This document shows positions 16,479-24,926 of a DNA stretch of 32,000 nt, piece by piece. Each line of letters begins with the position of its first letter. The stretch's first letter is position 1. The notes beneath the pieces were generated by a model. That model made no database searches and had not been told where the DNA came from. It saw only the letters and a list, made by a program, of their open reading frames with translations. The DNA is from Deltaproteobacteria bacterium UBA6106 (GTDB lineage Bacteria > Desulfobacterota > Syntrophorhabdia > Syntrophorhabdales > Syntrophorhabdaceae): the NCBI GenBank assembly GCA_002428485.1, contig DIWM01000014.1:81998-113997 (forward strand), in the 5' to 3' direction. A program made the position numbers and the translations under genes.

Positions 16479-17501
16479 ATGAAACATTCAGGGGTAAAGC
16501 TTTTTCTTTTATTCTTCATTGTGTCCATCTGCCTTATTTCTATGCCGAATCTCGCAGGTGCGCAGCAGAAGGCCATCTCGCTCAATTTTTCGAACTTCTT
16601 CCCGGCACCGCACAAAAACAGCATCCTTGCTGACGCATGGTGTAAAGAGGTAGAAAAAAGGGCACAGGGCAAAGTCAAGATCACCTACTTTCCGGGCGGC
16701 ACACTGACGCCTGCGGCACAGACCTATGACAACGTTGTGAAGGGCATCGCAGATATCGGCGAAAGCTGCTTCGCTTACACCCGTGGCAAATTCCCCATGA
16801 TGGAGGTAATAGACCTTCCTCTGGGCTACAAGAACGGGGCTCAGGCAACAAACCTGATCAACGCCTTCTACGCGAAGTTTCAGCCGAAAGAGCTGGCCGA
16901 CGTGAAGGTACTTTTCCTCCACGCACACGGCCCGGGGATTCTCCATTCAAAAGCCCCCATAGCAAAGCTTGAAGATGTGAAGGGTAAGAAGGTCAGGGCA
17001 ACCGGTCTTGCAGCAAAGATCGTACAGGCCCTGGGCGGAGCGCCTGTCGGTACCACCATGCCGGAGACCTATGACGCTCTCCGCACCGGTGTTGCAGAGG
17101 CCGCAATGGCCCCTATCGAGGCCCTCCAGGGCTGGAAATGGGGTGAGGTCGTGAGCTCAACAACCCAGAATTTCGGCTCCGCTTACACAACAGGCATGTT
17201 TATCGTCATGAATAAGGCAAAATGGAATTCCCTGCCGCCTGACGTACAGAAGATCATGGAAGACGTGAGCAAGGAATGGATAGTGAAGCAGGGCCAGACC
17301 TGGGATGCGATCGACCAGGAAGGTTACGATTTCACCAAGAAGAGAGGCAACAAGATCATTGCCCTTTCCAAAGAAGAAGATGCCAAATGGGCAAAAGCGG
17401 TGAAGCCGATCCTTGACGATTACGCGAAGGCCGCCAAGGCGAAGGGTATGCCCGGCGAAGAAGCCGTGAAGTTCTGCACCGACTACTTGAAGACACACTA
17501 A
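16479..17501 (+). CDS. TRAP transporter substrate-binding protein, DctP family (no DctQ/DctM partner in the window)
   Basis: ATG at 16479 is preceded by AGGAGGG. The signal peptide is LFLLFFIVSICLISMPNLAGAQQ. The body is DctP-like (LNFSNFFPAPH...ITYFPGGTL...VKGIADIG). The gene is followed by a strong terminator. Confidence 0.7.
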   Translation: MKHSGVKLFLLFFIVSICLISMPNLAGAQQKAISLNFSNFFPAPHKNSILADAWCKEVEKRAQGKVKITYFPGGTLTPAAQTYDNVVKGIADIGESCFAYTRGKFPMMEVIDLPLGYKNGAQATNLINAFYAKFQPKELADVKVLFLHAHGPGILHSKAPIAKLEDVKGKKVRATGLAAKIVQALGGAPVGTTMPETYDALRTGVAEAAMAPIEALQGWKWGEVVSSTTQNFGSAYTTGMFIVMNKAKWNSLPPDVQKIMEDVSKEWIVKQGQTWDAIDQEGYDFTKKRGNKIIALSKEEDAKWAKAVKPILDDYAKAAKAKGMPGEEAVKFCTDYLKTH

Positions 17502-17528
17502 CAACAATACCTGACAGGTTACATTAAA

Positions 17529-17558
17529 GGGGGACGCCCGCGGGTGTCCCCCTTTTTT
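17529..17558 (+). terminator. Rho-independent terminator
   Basis: GGGGGACGCCCG / CGGGTGTCCCCC forms a GC-rich hairpin and is followed by TTTTTTCTTT. Confidence 0.8.
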
Positions 17559-17715
17559 CTTTCCTTTACCCAATAACCAAACAATGCCTCATCTTATTGC
17601 GTCCCATTCGGGTATTCGGTAATTGGTGATTTACGGAATACCCTTGGTTTAATGCTTTACTTTTTCACGGGATTTGACATATATAAAACAAAGCGTTATT
17701 GCGTTGGTATAAGAA

Positions 17716-19059
17716 ATGAGCAAAAGATTTTTAGAAGAGTCGGTGCTGTTCGTCAGTATATTGAAATGGTCGCTGCTCGCTGCGCTTGTCGGCATCGTTG
17801 TGGGATGCGCAACGGCTATCTTCCTTAAGCTCCTTGATCTCAGCATATCGATCACGACCACATATAAATATTATTTTCTTTCATTGCCGTTGGCACTTTT
17901 CCTGAGCACATTGATGGTACAATACCTCGCGCCTGAAGCAAAAGGCCACGGTACAGAAAAGGTAATAGAGGCGATCCATAAGCGCTTCGGCAAAATAAAC
18001 CCCGTTGTTGTCCCGGTCAAACTTGTTGCAACCATTTTAACCCTCGCCACGGGGGGGTCGGCAGGCAAGGAGGGGCCATGCGCGCAGATCGGGGCCGGTC
18101 TTTCGTCAATCATCGCAAGCATCCTGAAATTTGGCAATAAGGACCGGAGAAAATTGGTTATATGCGGCATAAGCTCCGGATTCGCCGCTGTCTTCGGCAC
18201 GCCAATAGCAGGCGCGATGTTCGGGCTTGAGGTGCTGTTCGTCGGCGGCGTCCTTTATGACGTGCTGTTGCCGTCCTTTATAGCGGGCATTGTAAGCTAT
18301 CAGGTCACAACATATCTGGGAATCACATATTTCCATGAACCCTTGCGCTTTGTACCGGTATTCAGCAGCTTCTTTTTTATCAAGGTGTGCCTTGGCGGCC
18401 TTTTTTTCGGTCTTTGTTCATTCCTGTTCATCGAGATGTTGAGGTATTTTGAGCAGATAAGCAAAAAAATACGGATATGGCCGCCGTTTAAAGGTCTTAT
18501 AGGCGGGGCGGCCCTCGCACTCCTGTCGTTGATATTCTCGGCAAAATATCTCGGGCTGGGCCTGGAAACCATTAAAGCCTCACTGGAAGGAAATTTTATC
18601 GAACGGGGCGCCTTTCTTTTAAAAATGCTTTTTACATCAATAACCCTCAGTTTCGGCGGGAGCGGGGGGATCGTCACGCCGATCTTTTTCATCGGCGCCG
18701 CCTCGGGCAACTTCTTTGCCGACATCTTTGGTCTGGATCCCGCAATATTTTCTGCAATAGGCCTGGTAAGCCTTCTCGCAGGGGCTGCGAATACACCGAT
18801 CGCCGCGAGCATACTGGCAATAGAACTCTTCGGCGCATCAGTCGCTCCCTACGCTGCCGTTTCGTGCGTTATAAGCTTCCTGATGACCGGTCACAGAAGC
18901 GTATATCCAAGCCAGATACTCGCCGTCTCCAAATCGCCTTCGATCAAGGTCCAGAGGTTTAAGGAGCTTGATGAGAGCGAGGATATTTCAATAAGGCCAA
19001 GGCCAAAAAGCATTGTAGGATTTCTGGTAAAGATAATAGGAAAGATCAGGAAAAGATAG
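17716..19059 (+). CDS. ClC-family voltage-gated chloride channel / anion:proton antiporter (no CBS domains)
   Basis: A polytopic membrane protein with ClC selectivity-filter-like motifs: GHGTEK (in place of GSGIP), GKEGP with the gating Glu, GTPIAGAMFGLE and GGIVTPIFFIGA. Confidence 0.75.
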   Translation: MSKRFLEESVLFVSILKWSLLAALVGIVVGCATAIFLKLLDLSISITTTYKYYFLSLPLALFLSTLMVQYLAPEAKGHGTEKVIEAIHKRFGKINPVVVPVKLVATILTLATGGSAGKEGPCAQIGAGLSSIIASILKFGNKDRRKLVICGISSGFAAVFGTPIAGAMFGLEVLFVGGVLYDVLLPSFIAGIVSYQVTTYLGITYFHEPLRFVPVFSSFFFIKVCLGGLFFGLCSFLFIEMLRYFEQISKKIRIWPPFKGLIGGAALALLSLIFSAKYLGLGLETIKASLEGNFIERGAFLLKMLFTSITLSFGGSGGIVTPIFFIGAASGNFFADIFGLDPAIFSAIGLVSLLAGAANTPIAASILAIELFGASVAPYAAVSCVISFLMTGHRSVYPSQILAVSKSPSIKVQRFKELDESEDISIRPRPKSIVGFLVKIIGKIRKR

Positions 19060-19067
19060 AATGTTAA

Positions 19068-19886
19068 TCATGTAATGTCTGAGAGTATCCTGAGCACCGC
19101 CCTTCCCCATCCCACAGGCCCAACCCCTTCCTGCAGCATCACATTGGGGATATTGTGTCCTTCAATATGCTTCCCGTCGGTCCGCTGGACGAGCACCGGC
19201 ACATCTGCCTTCGCAAGCATGGGGAAGTCATTGGGGCTATCCCCAAGGGCTACGCTTTGCACGGCCCCCCCTGTCTTTTGATAGAGTTTTATTACGATCT
19301 CAACGGCCTTTCCCTTATCGCTGTCGCCCAGGATGTGGTGGAAAATTCCCCGGGTAAAATGAAACCCCATTCCCCGGATCTCAGAAAAAAGCCCCTCTGA
19401 TCTGCTTTCATCGTTATCAATCACAAAAGGTTCGTCAAAATCCCTTTTTTTTGCCATCAGGGCCTCATCCGGGGACAACCCTGTTAGCCCCGCTACCTCT
19501 TCGGCGGTCATATCTCCGAACCCTTTGACAAAAAATCCTTTATCCCTCAGCCGGCATAAGGCGTTTCGCAGATCACTGTACCGTGCGCCAAGCCTCACGA
19601 TCTGGTACTCTTTGTCCGCAGCGACATCGCCATCAGCGGTCCCCGGACCGGGGTCGAAATACCCCTTCGGGATGAATATCCCGCCGCCGTTCTCTGAGAT
19701 AAAGGGGTGCCTGTTGTCCAGCTGTTTCCTGTAATGCTCGATCTCCGCCCTTGTCTTGCTCGAACAGATAATGAGCGGGACCCCGCGCTCCCTGATCAGG
19801 TCGAGGGCGGGCAGGGCGTCGTTAAACGAATACGACGAATCCAGGAGCGTGCCGTCAAGGTCGGTAAATATCAGAACGCGCTGCAT
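19068..19886 (-). CDS. HAD-IIB phosphatase of the mannosyl-/glucosyl-3-phosphoglycerate phosphatase family
   Basis: HAD motif I is IFTDLDGTLLD. CSSKTRAE, GDSPND and the overall YedP/MPGP-like pattern are present. It is divergently paired with a GpgS-like glycosyltransferase. Confidence 0.65.
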   Translation of the reverse strand: MQRVLIFTDLDGTLLDSSYSFNDALPALDLIRERGVPLIICSSKTRAEIEHYRKQLDNRHPFISENGGGIFIPKGYFDPGPGTADGDVAADKEYQIVRLGARYSDLRNALCRLRDKGFFVKGFGDMTAEEVAGLTGLSPDEALMAKKRDFDEPFVIDNDESRSEGLFSEIRGMGFHFTRGIFHHILGDSDKGKAVEIVIKLYQKTGGAVQSVALGDSPNDFPMLAKADVPVLVQRTDGKHIEGHNIPNVMLQEGVGPVGWGRAVLRILSDIT

Positions 19887-19966
19887 TGAACCTCTCTGCC
19901 CTTTTTAGAATGGGGTGTGAAAAGTATGCGCCGATGCATTTTTTTATATAGCTTATGGTATTGTCT

Positions 19967-19994
19967 ATTATAAAAGATTGCGGAAAAATGTAAA
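19967..19994 (-). promoter_or_regulatory. Candidate promoter for the phosphatase gene (minus strand)
   Basis: On the minus strand: TTTACA (plus coordinates 19989-19994), a 16-nt spacer, then TATAAT (plus coordinates 19967-19972). Confidence 0.35.
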
Positions 19995-20002
19995 GCTTTT
20001 AA

Positions 20003-20031
20003 CGGACATACAAAAAGAAATAATATATAAT
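20003..20031 (+). promoter_or_regulatory. Candidate promoter for the GpgS-like gene
   Basis: CGGACA (20003-20008), a 17-nt spacer, then TATAAT (20026-20031). It lies back to back with the minus-strand promoter. Confidence 0.4.
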
Positions 20032-20063
20032 ATAACAGGTTATAAACTTTTAGGAGGTGGTAT

Positions 20064-21272
20064 ATGTCTGATTTCTATCAAACGGGCGTCATTGCAACAT
20101 TGCACCGGCTTGGAAAAGAAAAGATCGAGTCCATCGAATCAAAGCTGAACAGGTACGCACAAGAAAGGCCTATCGCCCTCGTCCTGCCATCACTATACAG
20201 CGAGCTGAGCGGGGAGGCACTAAAAAAAATCGTCAGCGAACTGAGGCATGTCCGGTACATCAAGGAGGTAGTGGTCACCCTTGGCCCCGCATCAGAGAGT
20301 GAGTTTCGCAATGCAAAAGATTTTTTTTCTACCCTGCCGCAAAAGACAAATGTCGTATGGAATAGCGGCAAGAAAATGAAAAGGATATATAAGGCGATCG
20401 AAGCAGAAGATCTCCCAACGGGCTCAGAAGGAAAGGGCAGGTCTGTATGGATGGCATACGGCTACATCCTCTCGCGGAGAGAATTCAATGCGATTGCGCT
20501 TCACGACTGCGATATTGTCACGTACAGCAGGGATCTTCTTGCAAGGCTCTGCTACCCGGTGACGAACCCCAGCCTTGATTATGATTTCTGCAAAGGGTTC
20601 TACACGAGGGTAACAGACAAAATGCATGGGAGGGCGACCCGGCTTCTCGTCACGCCCCTTATCAGGGCGCTCGAGAAGGTCATCGGCTACCACCAGCTTC
20701 TGGTGTTTTTTGATAGTTTCCGCTACATCCTTGCCGGGGAATTTTCAATGGATGTTAACCTCGCAAGGGTAAACAGGATCCCGGGAGACTGGGGCCTCGA
20801 GGTCGGGACGCTTGCCGAGGTCTATCGCAACACATCAATAAACCGTGTTTGCCAGGTGGATATCGCCGACAACTACGAGCATAAGCACCAGACGCTTTCC
20901 CCGGAAGATGCAAACAAGGGCCTACACAAGATGTGCATAGATATCTCCAAGTCAGTTTTCAGGACGCTGGCGTCGGAAGGGATAGTCTTTTCCGATGGTT
21001 TTTTTAAGACGCTGGTGGCGACATATGTAAGGACTGCTCAAGATATGCTGAAAAGATATGAGGACGATGCGTCTATTAACGGCCTTTATTTTGACCGGCA
21101 CCAGGAAAGCCTTGCCGTTGATACCTTTACCAGCGGCATCAAAAAGGCCGCCGAGGTTATTATGAAAGACCCCCTCGGCGTCCCCCTGATCGCAAGCTGG
21201 GACAGGGTAATAGCGGCGATACCGGATATCCTCGACAGGATCAAGGAGGCCGTCGAGGAGGACAATGCGTAG
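20064..21272 (+). CDS. gpgS: Glucosyl-3-phosphoglycerate synthase-like glycosyltransferase (long Persephonella / Methanococcoides type); sugar specificity not certain
   Basis: RBS TAGGAGGTGG. The N terminus MSDFYQTGVIATLHRLG matches my recollection of this family. The DxD motif is ALHDCDIVTYS. A divergent MPGP-family phosphatase lies next door. Confidence 0.55.
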   Translation: MSDFYQTGVIATLHRLGKEKIESIESKLNRYAQERPIALVLPSLYSELSGEALKKIVSELRHVRYIKEVVVTLGPASESEFRNAKDFFSTLPQKTNVVWNSGKKMKRIYKAIEAEDLPTGSEGKGRSVWMAYGYILSRREFNAIALHDCDIVTYSRDLLARLCYPVTNPSLDYDFCKGFYTRVTDKMHGRATRLLVTPLIRALEKVIGYHQLLVFFDSFRYILAGEFSMDVNLARVNRIPGDWGLEVGTLAEVYRNTSINRVCQVDIADNYEHKHQTLSPEDANKGLHKMCIDISKSVFRTLASEGIVFSDGFFKTLVATYVRTAQDMLKRYEDDASINGLYFDRHQESLAVDTFTSGIKKAAEVIMKDPLGVPLIASWDRVIAAIPDILDRIKEAVEEDNA

Positions 21273-21346
21273 GCATACCATACGCAACACCATGGCGCCA
21301 CATCTGCCGGCATCATTCCCCGGCAGCATAACCAAGGAGGGCTGCA

Positions 21347-21934
21347 ATGAATTCAAAGGCTGTGTTGTATAAATTTTCAATACTGCTCCTCTCGCTGTCT
21401 GTTCTCTTCATTGCCGGATGCGCAAAGCCTCCGACACAGGAGATAGCGAAGGCAGAAAAGACCCTTGATGAAGCAAAACAGAAAGAGGCACACCTCTATG
21501 TGCCGGACATTTATAAAAAGGCAGAGGAATCGATAAAGAGAGCAAAGGACCTCGTTGTCAATAAGCAATATAAGGAGGCAAAAAAAGCGGCGGAAGAAAC
21601 CGTTCAGATTGCGCTGCAGGCAATTGCAATGATAGAGCCGGGCAAGGCGAAAATGAAGAAAGAAGCGGAACAGCTGCTCAACGATGTAGAGAAGTCGCTC
21701 GGTGAATTCAAGCAATTGGCCGCCACGGCCATAAAGAAAAAGGTCTTTGCCGCACGTGCAGACATCGAGGGGCTGATAGGAAAATGGGAAATAGACCTTA
21801 TCAATATAAAAGAAAAGCTGCAAAACCAGCAGGTAAAACAGGCCTATGATGACATCGACGCTGTCAAGGGGCAGGTGCAGAGCAAGAAAGAAATGGTTGA
21901 AAGCAAGACCTCTTCAAAACCTGAAAAGAAGTAG
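21347..21934 (+). CDS. Lipoprotein with K/E/A-rich helical (coiled-coil, DUF4398-like) body
   Basis: RBS AAGGAGGG. The signal peptide plus lipobox is LSVLFIAGC. The mature part is almost entirely predicted helix (AKAEKTLDEAKQKEA...KRAKDLVVNKQYKEAKKAAEE). Confidence 0.6.
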   Translation: MNSKAVLYKFSILLLSLSVLFIAGCAKPPTQEIAKAEKTLDEAKQKEAHLYVPDIYKKAEESIKRAKDLVVNKQYKEAKKAAEETVQIALQAIAMIEPGKAKMKKEAEQLLNDVEKSLGEFKQLAATAIKKKVFAARADIEGLIGKWEIDLINIKEKLQNQQVKQAYDDIDAVKGQVQSKKEMVESKTSSKPEKK

Positions 21935-22011
21935 ACGTGGCGCGCCGCAGCAAAGACCTTTTTTGGAGAACGCGGCAGGGCGCTTAGCCGGGATTGACGA
22001 TAGGGGAGCAG

Positions 22012-22695
22012 ATGAAAACCATTATAGCGTTTGTTGCAGTGATATTTTTGTTTATGGGCTTTGTCTTTTTGGGCATGCCTTCCATTATAAAAAAAGAGAC
22101 CGCCAGCCTCAAGTCAGAAGTTAAAAGCCTGCAAGAAAAGGTAGAGGCATTAGAAAAGTTCAGACAAAGGCAGGAGAACGCATGGAAGCTGAGCGGCCTG
22201 AAGCCCGATGATGATTTTCGAAAGATCATTAAAACAGTTCACGGCCTTTCGTCAAAGATAGCTAATCTCGAGAACGACCTCGACGAGCGTATCGCTTCAA
22301 TAAACTACGAGCTGGAAAAACACGGCATTGTTAACGTCGATTCCTTTAAAGAACAGTCTGCAGCAATCAACTCGTTATACGAGGACCTGGGAGACATCTG
22401 GCAAAAAATTTATTTGAATTCCTTCATCATTAACATCAAAACACGAATCGTCAGCGCCAAGATTGAATTGGCCTCTAAGAATATCGGGAACGCAAAAGCC
22501 GAGCTCCAGGCAATCTCTGAAGGGCTGCAGAAGGCCAGAGAAACAGCGGCGAACAAAGACAAAAAGGCCTTTGATGACCTCATGAACATCGTTGAAAATA
22601 CAAGATCTGAAGTTGATGTCAGCACGCTTGGGGCAAATAATATGATCAACCTCCTGTTGTATGAACTGGATAAAACGTTAGGAGCATTGAGATAG
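22012..22695 (+). CDS. Membrane-anchored coiled-coil protein, function unknown
   Basis: ATG at 22012 is preceded by GGGGAG. One N-terminal TM helix (IIAFVAVIFLFMGFVFLGM) is followed by long heptad-like helical sequence. Confidence 0.55.
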   Translation: MKTIIAFVAVIFLFMGFVFLGMPSIIKKETASLKSEVKSLQEKVEALEKFRQRQENAWKLSGLKPDDDFRKIIKTVHGLSSKIANLENDLDERIASINYELEKHGIVNVDSFKEQSAAINSLYEDLGDIWQKIYLNSFIINIKTRIVSAKIELASKNIGNAKAELQAISEGLQKARETAANKDKKAFDDLMNIVENTRSEVDVSTLGANNMINLLLYELDKTLGALR

Positions 22696-22981
22696 ATACA
22701 CCAAACGTATTCTTTACAGGATCGATCGCTATGGCGACAGGGCTCGCAGGAGCACGTCAAAGATGCTGGCCGCTTTCATTTTATTGTGACGGCATACAGC
22801 GCACAGTTTGCCGCACAGGGCTACAAAGCGAACGGAAAATGACGCTAAACGGTACTAAATGTATGATAGTTAACAAAAGTTCTGAAAATAACTATAGTAT
22901 AATCTCATGAGTTATATATTTATTAGGAAATAATATTATGGGCTTTTATGAACCAGTTTTGATGAATGAGGGGGCAGCCGC

Positions 22982-24217
22982 ATGAAGAAGGTGTTTGCAG
23001 CAACCGCCTTCCTGCTCGTTGTATTGTTTGCCCTGGGATTACATTTCAAGACAACAAAAGAAGGCGAAGATGGTAGTCACGCGCCCGAGCCATATAGACA
23101 GATACATGGCTCGGTCAAGGATGGCGATACCCTTTTTACCATTTTCAAAAGATATAAGCTTGAACCGAAGGAGCTTTTTCAGATCAAAGATTCATCCGCC
23201 GGGATTCACGACCTGGGCAAATTATCTGCAGGACGCTCGTACAGGCTGACGATCGACAACGAGAATCAAATAAACACCTTTGTCTATGAAATAGACGATG
23301 GTACCTTGCTGAATGTTACCCGCTCCAGGTCAGGTTTCTATACAGAAACGGTACCTGTTGACTATGAAGCATGTATTCATCACATCGGCGGCACGATAAA
23401 AGACAACTTTATTTCATCCATCGGGGAAGACAGGGAAAACGTTTTGCTGGCTATGGAGGTGTCGGATATATTTTCCTGGGATATAGATTTTACAACTGAT
23501 ATTCGGAACGGGGATACTTTCAGGATCATAGCAGAGGGCCTGTACCTTGACGGGAAGTTCAAAAAATACGGCAGGATATTTGCAGTAGAGTTTATAAATG
23601 GCGGTAAATCATATCATGCATACAGATTTGAAGATGGCAGGGCAACAGGCTATTACGATTCCCGCGGGAGGTCAGTCAGAAGGGCCTTTTTGAAGGCTCC
23701 CCTTAATTTTAAGAGGATCAGTTCTTATTTTTCAAGAAGACGTTTTCATCCCATACTAAAAATCCACAGGGCCCACCACGGAGTAGATTATGCGGCGCCA
23801 CACGGAACCCCTGTCTCGGCAACCGGCGATGGGACCGTTATTTTTGCCGGTCGCAGAGGGGCATACGGCAAGCTTGTGATCCTTGAACATAAGAACGGCT
23901 ACAGAACATACTACGGTCATTTATCGCGGATAGCGAAGGGACTGAAAAGAGGGGCAAGTATCGATCAGGGGCAGTTCGTCGGTTGTGTCGGCAAAACCGG
24001 GCTTGCGACAGGACCTCACCTGCATTATGAAATGAGAGTGGGAGGCAGGTATGTGAACCCCCTCAGCTTGAAACAGCCTCACGGGAAGGCTGTTCTCAAG
24101 GAACGGCTCGCGGAATTCATGGACATTGCTGGGAGGCTGAACCAGGACCTCGCATCTATACCGGTTTCAAATCCTGCGTATGTAAAAAGGGCAACGTTGA
24201 CAGTAAAGGATATGTAA
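22982..24217 (+). CDS. M23-family murein endopeptidase (MepM/YebA-like; OapA/LysM-like N-domain plus LytM domain)
   Basis: The protein has an N-terminal anchor helix. VKDGDTLFTIFKRYKL is OapA/LysM-like. The LytM catalytic motifs are HHGVDYAAPHGTPV and GPHLHYEM. Confidence 0.85.
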   Translation: MKKVFAATAFLLVVLFALGLHFKTTKEGEDGSHAPEPYRQIHGSVKDGDTLFTIFKRYKLEPKELFQIKDSSAGIHDLGKLSAGRSYRLTIDNENQINTFVYEIDDGTLLNVTRSRSGFYTETVPVDYEACIHHIGGTIKDNFISSIGEDRENVLLAMEVSDIFSWDIDFTTDIRNGDTFRIIAEGLYLDGKFKKYGRIFAVEFINGGKSYHAYRFEDGRATGYYDSRGRSVRRAFLKAPLNFKRISSYFSRRRFHPILKIHRAHHGVDYAAPHGTPVSATGDGTVIFAGRRGAYGKLVILEHKNGYRTYYGHLSRIAKGLKRGASIDQGQFVGCVGKTGLATGPHLHYEMRVGGRYVNPLSLKQPHGKAVLKERLAEFMDIAGRLNQDLASIPVSNPAYVKRATLTVKDM

Positions 24218-24257
24218 AGAGAACGATCTATACCAGGGAGGAAAGAGGTTGGGAAAT

Positions 24258-24926
24258 ATGATTGAAGGGTTTGAATTTAAGCAGTGCATAAGCATACTAA
24301 AATCAACGGGGAAAAAGGCGGGGAACCTCCACGCGTTGAGAGATCTGATAGCCCAGGTGTCCGATGACTGCATATTCCACCATACCTACCAGTATTTCCT
24401 GAAGGAGCACATCCTCGAATATACCAATGATTTTGCCCATTGGGCAGGTGAAAGCCTTGAGGAAAGATCCCTGGCAGAGCAATTGTCCAACATAGATCCT
24501 TATGAATACGACAACATCAGCGATTTCCGGAAAGAGCTGCTCTCTGTCGTCGGCAACTATATTGAAAAATTTCCGGAGCCCAGGGAGGCAATGCACGGGG
24601 ATGAGTTCTTTTTCAATGAAACAATAACGCTCATCTTCCCCATAGGGATAAGGGTAAAAAACCTCGCAGAATTTCTCATGGCAATAAAATTTGTTGACGT
24701 AGGTTCCATTTACTACCATTTCTATGAGGCAAGAATGCGCGTAGGCGGCGGGATAGACGATTTTTCCAAGTGGATCGAAGAATCTCTGGAGAAGAAGGGG
24801 TTAGCGGAAAGGATCCGGGCGATTGACCCGTTTATGCACAATACAGAAGATATAAGGAAACACATTGCGGAACAAACAGAAAAGGAATTAAGAGGGGATA
24901 TAGAAATCATGGGGGTGGAAGAATGA
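24258..24926 (+). CDS. Uncharacterised protein made of two tandem copies of a DUF5752-like module
   Basis: ATG at 24258 follows GGGAGGAAAGAGG. An internal duplication is visible by eye: FHHTYQYF...DFAHWAGESLEERSLAEQLSNIDPY versus YYHFYEAR...DFSKWIEESLEKKGLAERIRAIDPF. The stop overlaps the next start as ATGA. Confidence 0.55.
   Translation: MIEGFEFKQCISILKSTGKKAGNLHALRDLIAQVSDDCIFHHTYQYFLKEHILEYTNDFAHWAGESLEERSLAEQLSNIDPYEYDNISDFRKELLSVVGNYIEKFPEPREAMHGDEFFFNETITLIFPIGIRVKNLAEFLMAIKFVDVGSIYYHFYEARMRVGGGIDDFSKWIEESLEKKGLAERIRAIDPFMHNTEDIRKHIAEQTEKELRGDIEIMGVEE

Noticed and set aside
16283-16633. 116-aa plus-strand ORF spanning the AT-rich spacer and the start of the DctP-type gene.
   Set aside because: The translation is Ile/Asn/Leu/Phe-rich, an artefact of AT-rich DNA. 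It runs across a near-consensus promoter and overlaps the signal-peptide region of the real gene in another frame.
17561-17715. Fluoride (crcB-motif) riboswitch upstream of the ClC gene.
   Set aside because: I looked for the conserved GGnGAUGG...CUGAUGAuuCCUAC-type core and did not find it. The ClC protein also carries the canonical GKEGP filter rather than the CLC-F variant.
19060-19067. The 8-bp gap between the convergent ClC and phosphatase genes as a sign of a missing or bidirectional terminator or an assembly artefact.
   Set aside because: Both ORFs end with normal stops and have full-length family-typical C termini. Tight convergent packing without a hairpin is common and is not evidence of anything unusual.
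22696-22981. c-di-AMP (ydaO/yuaA-type) riboswitch upstream of the M23 peptidase.
   Set aside because: The conserved ACCCGA...CAGCUAACC-type segments and the pseudo-symmetric GGGG/CCCC helices are absent on manual inspection. A covariance-model scan would be needed for certainty.
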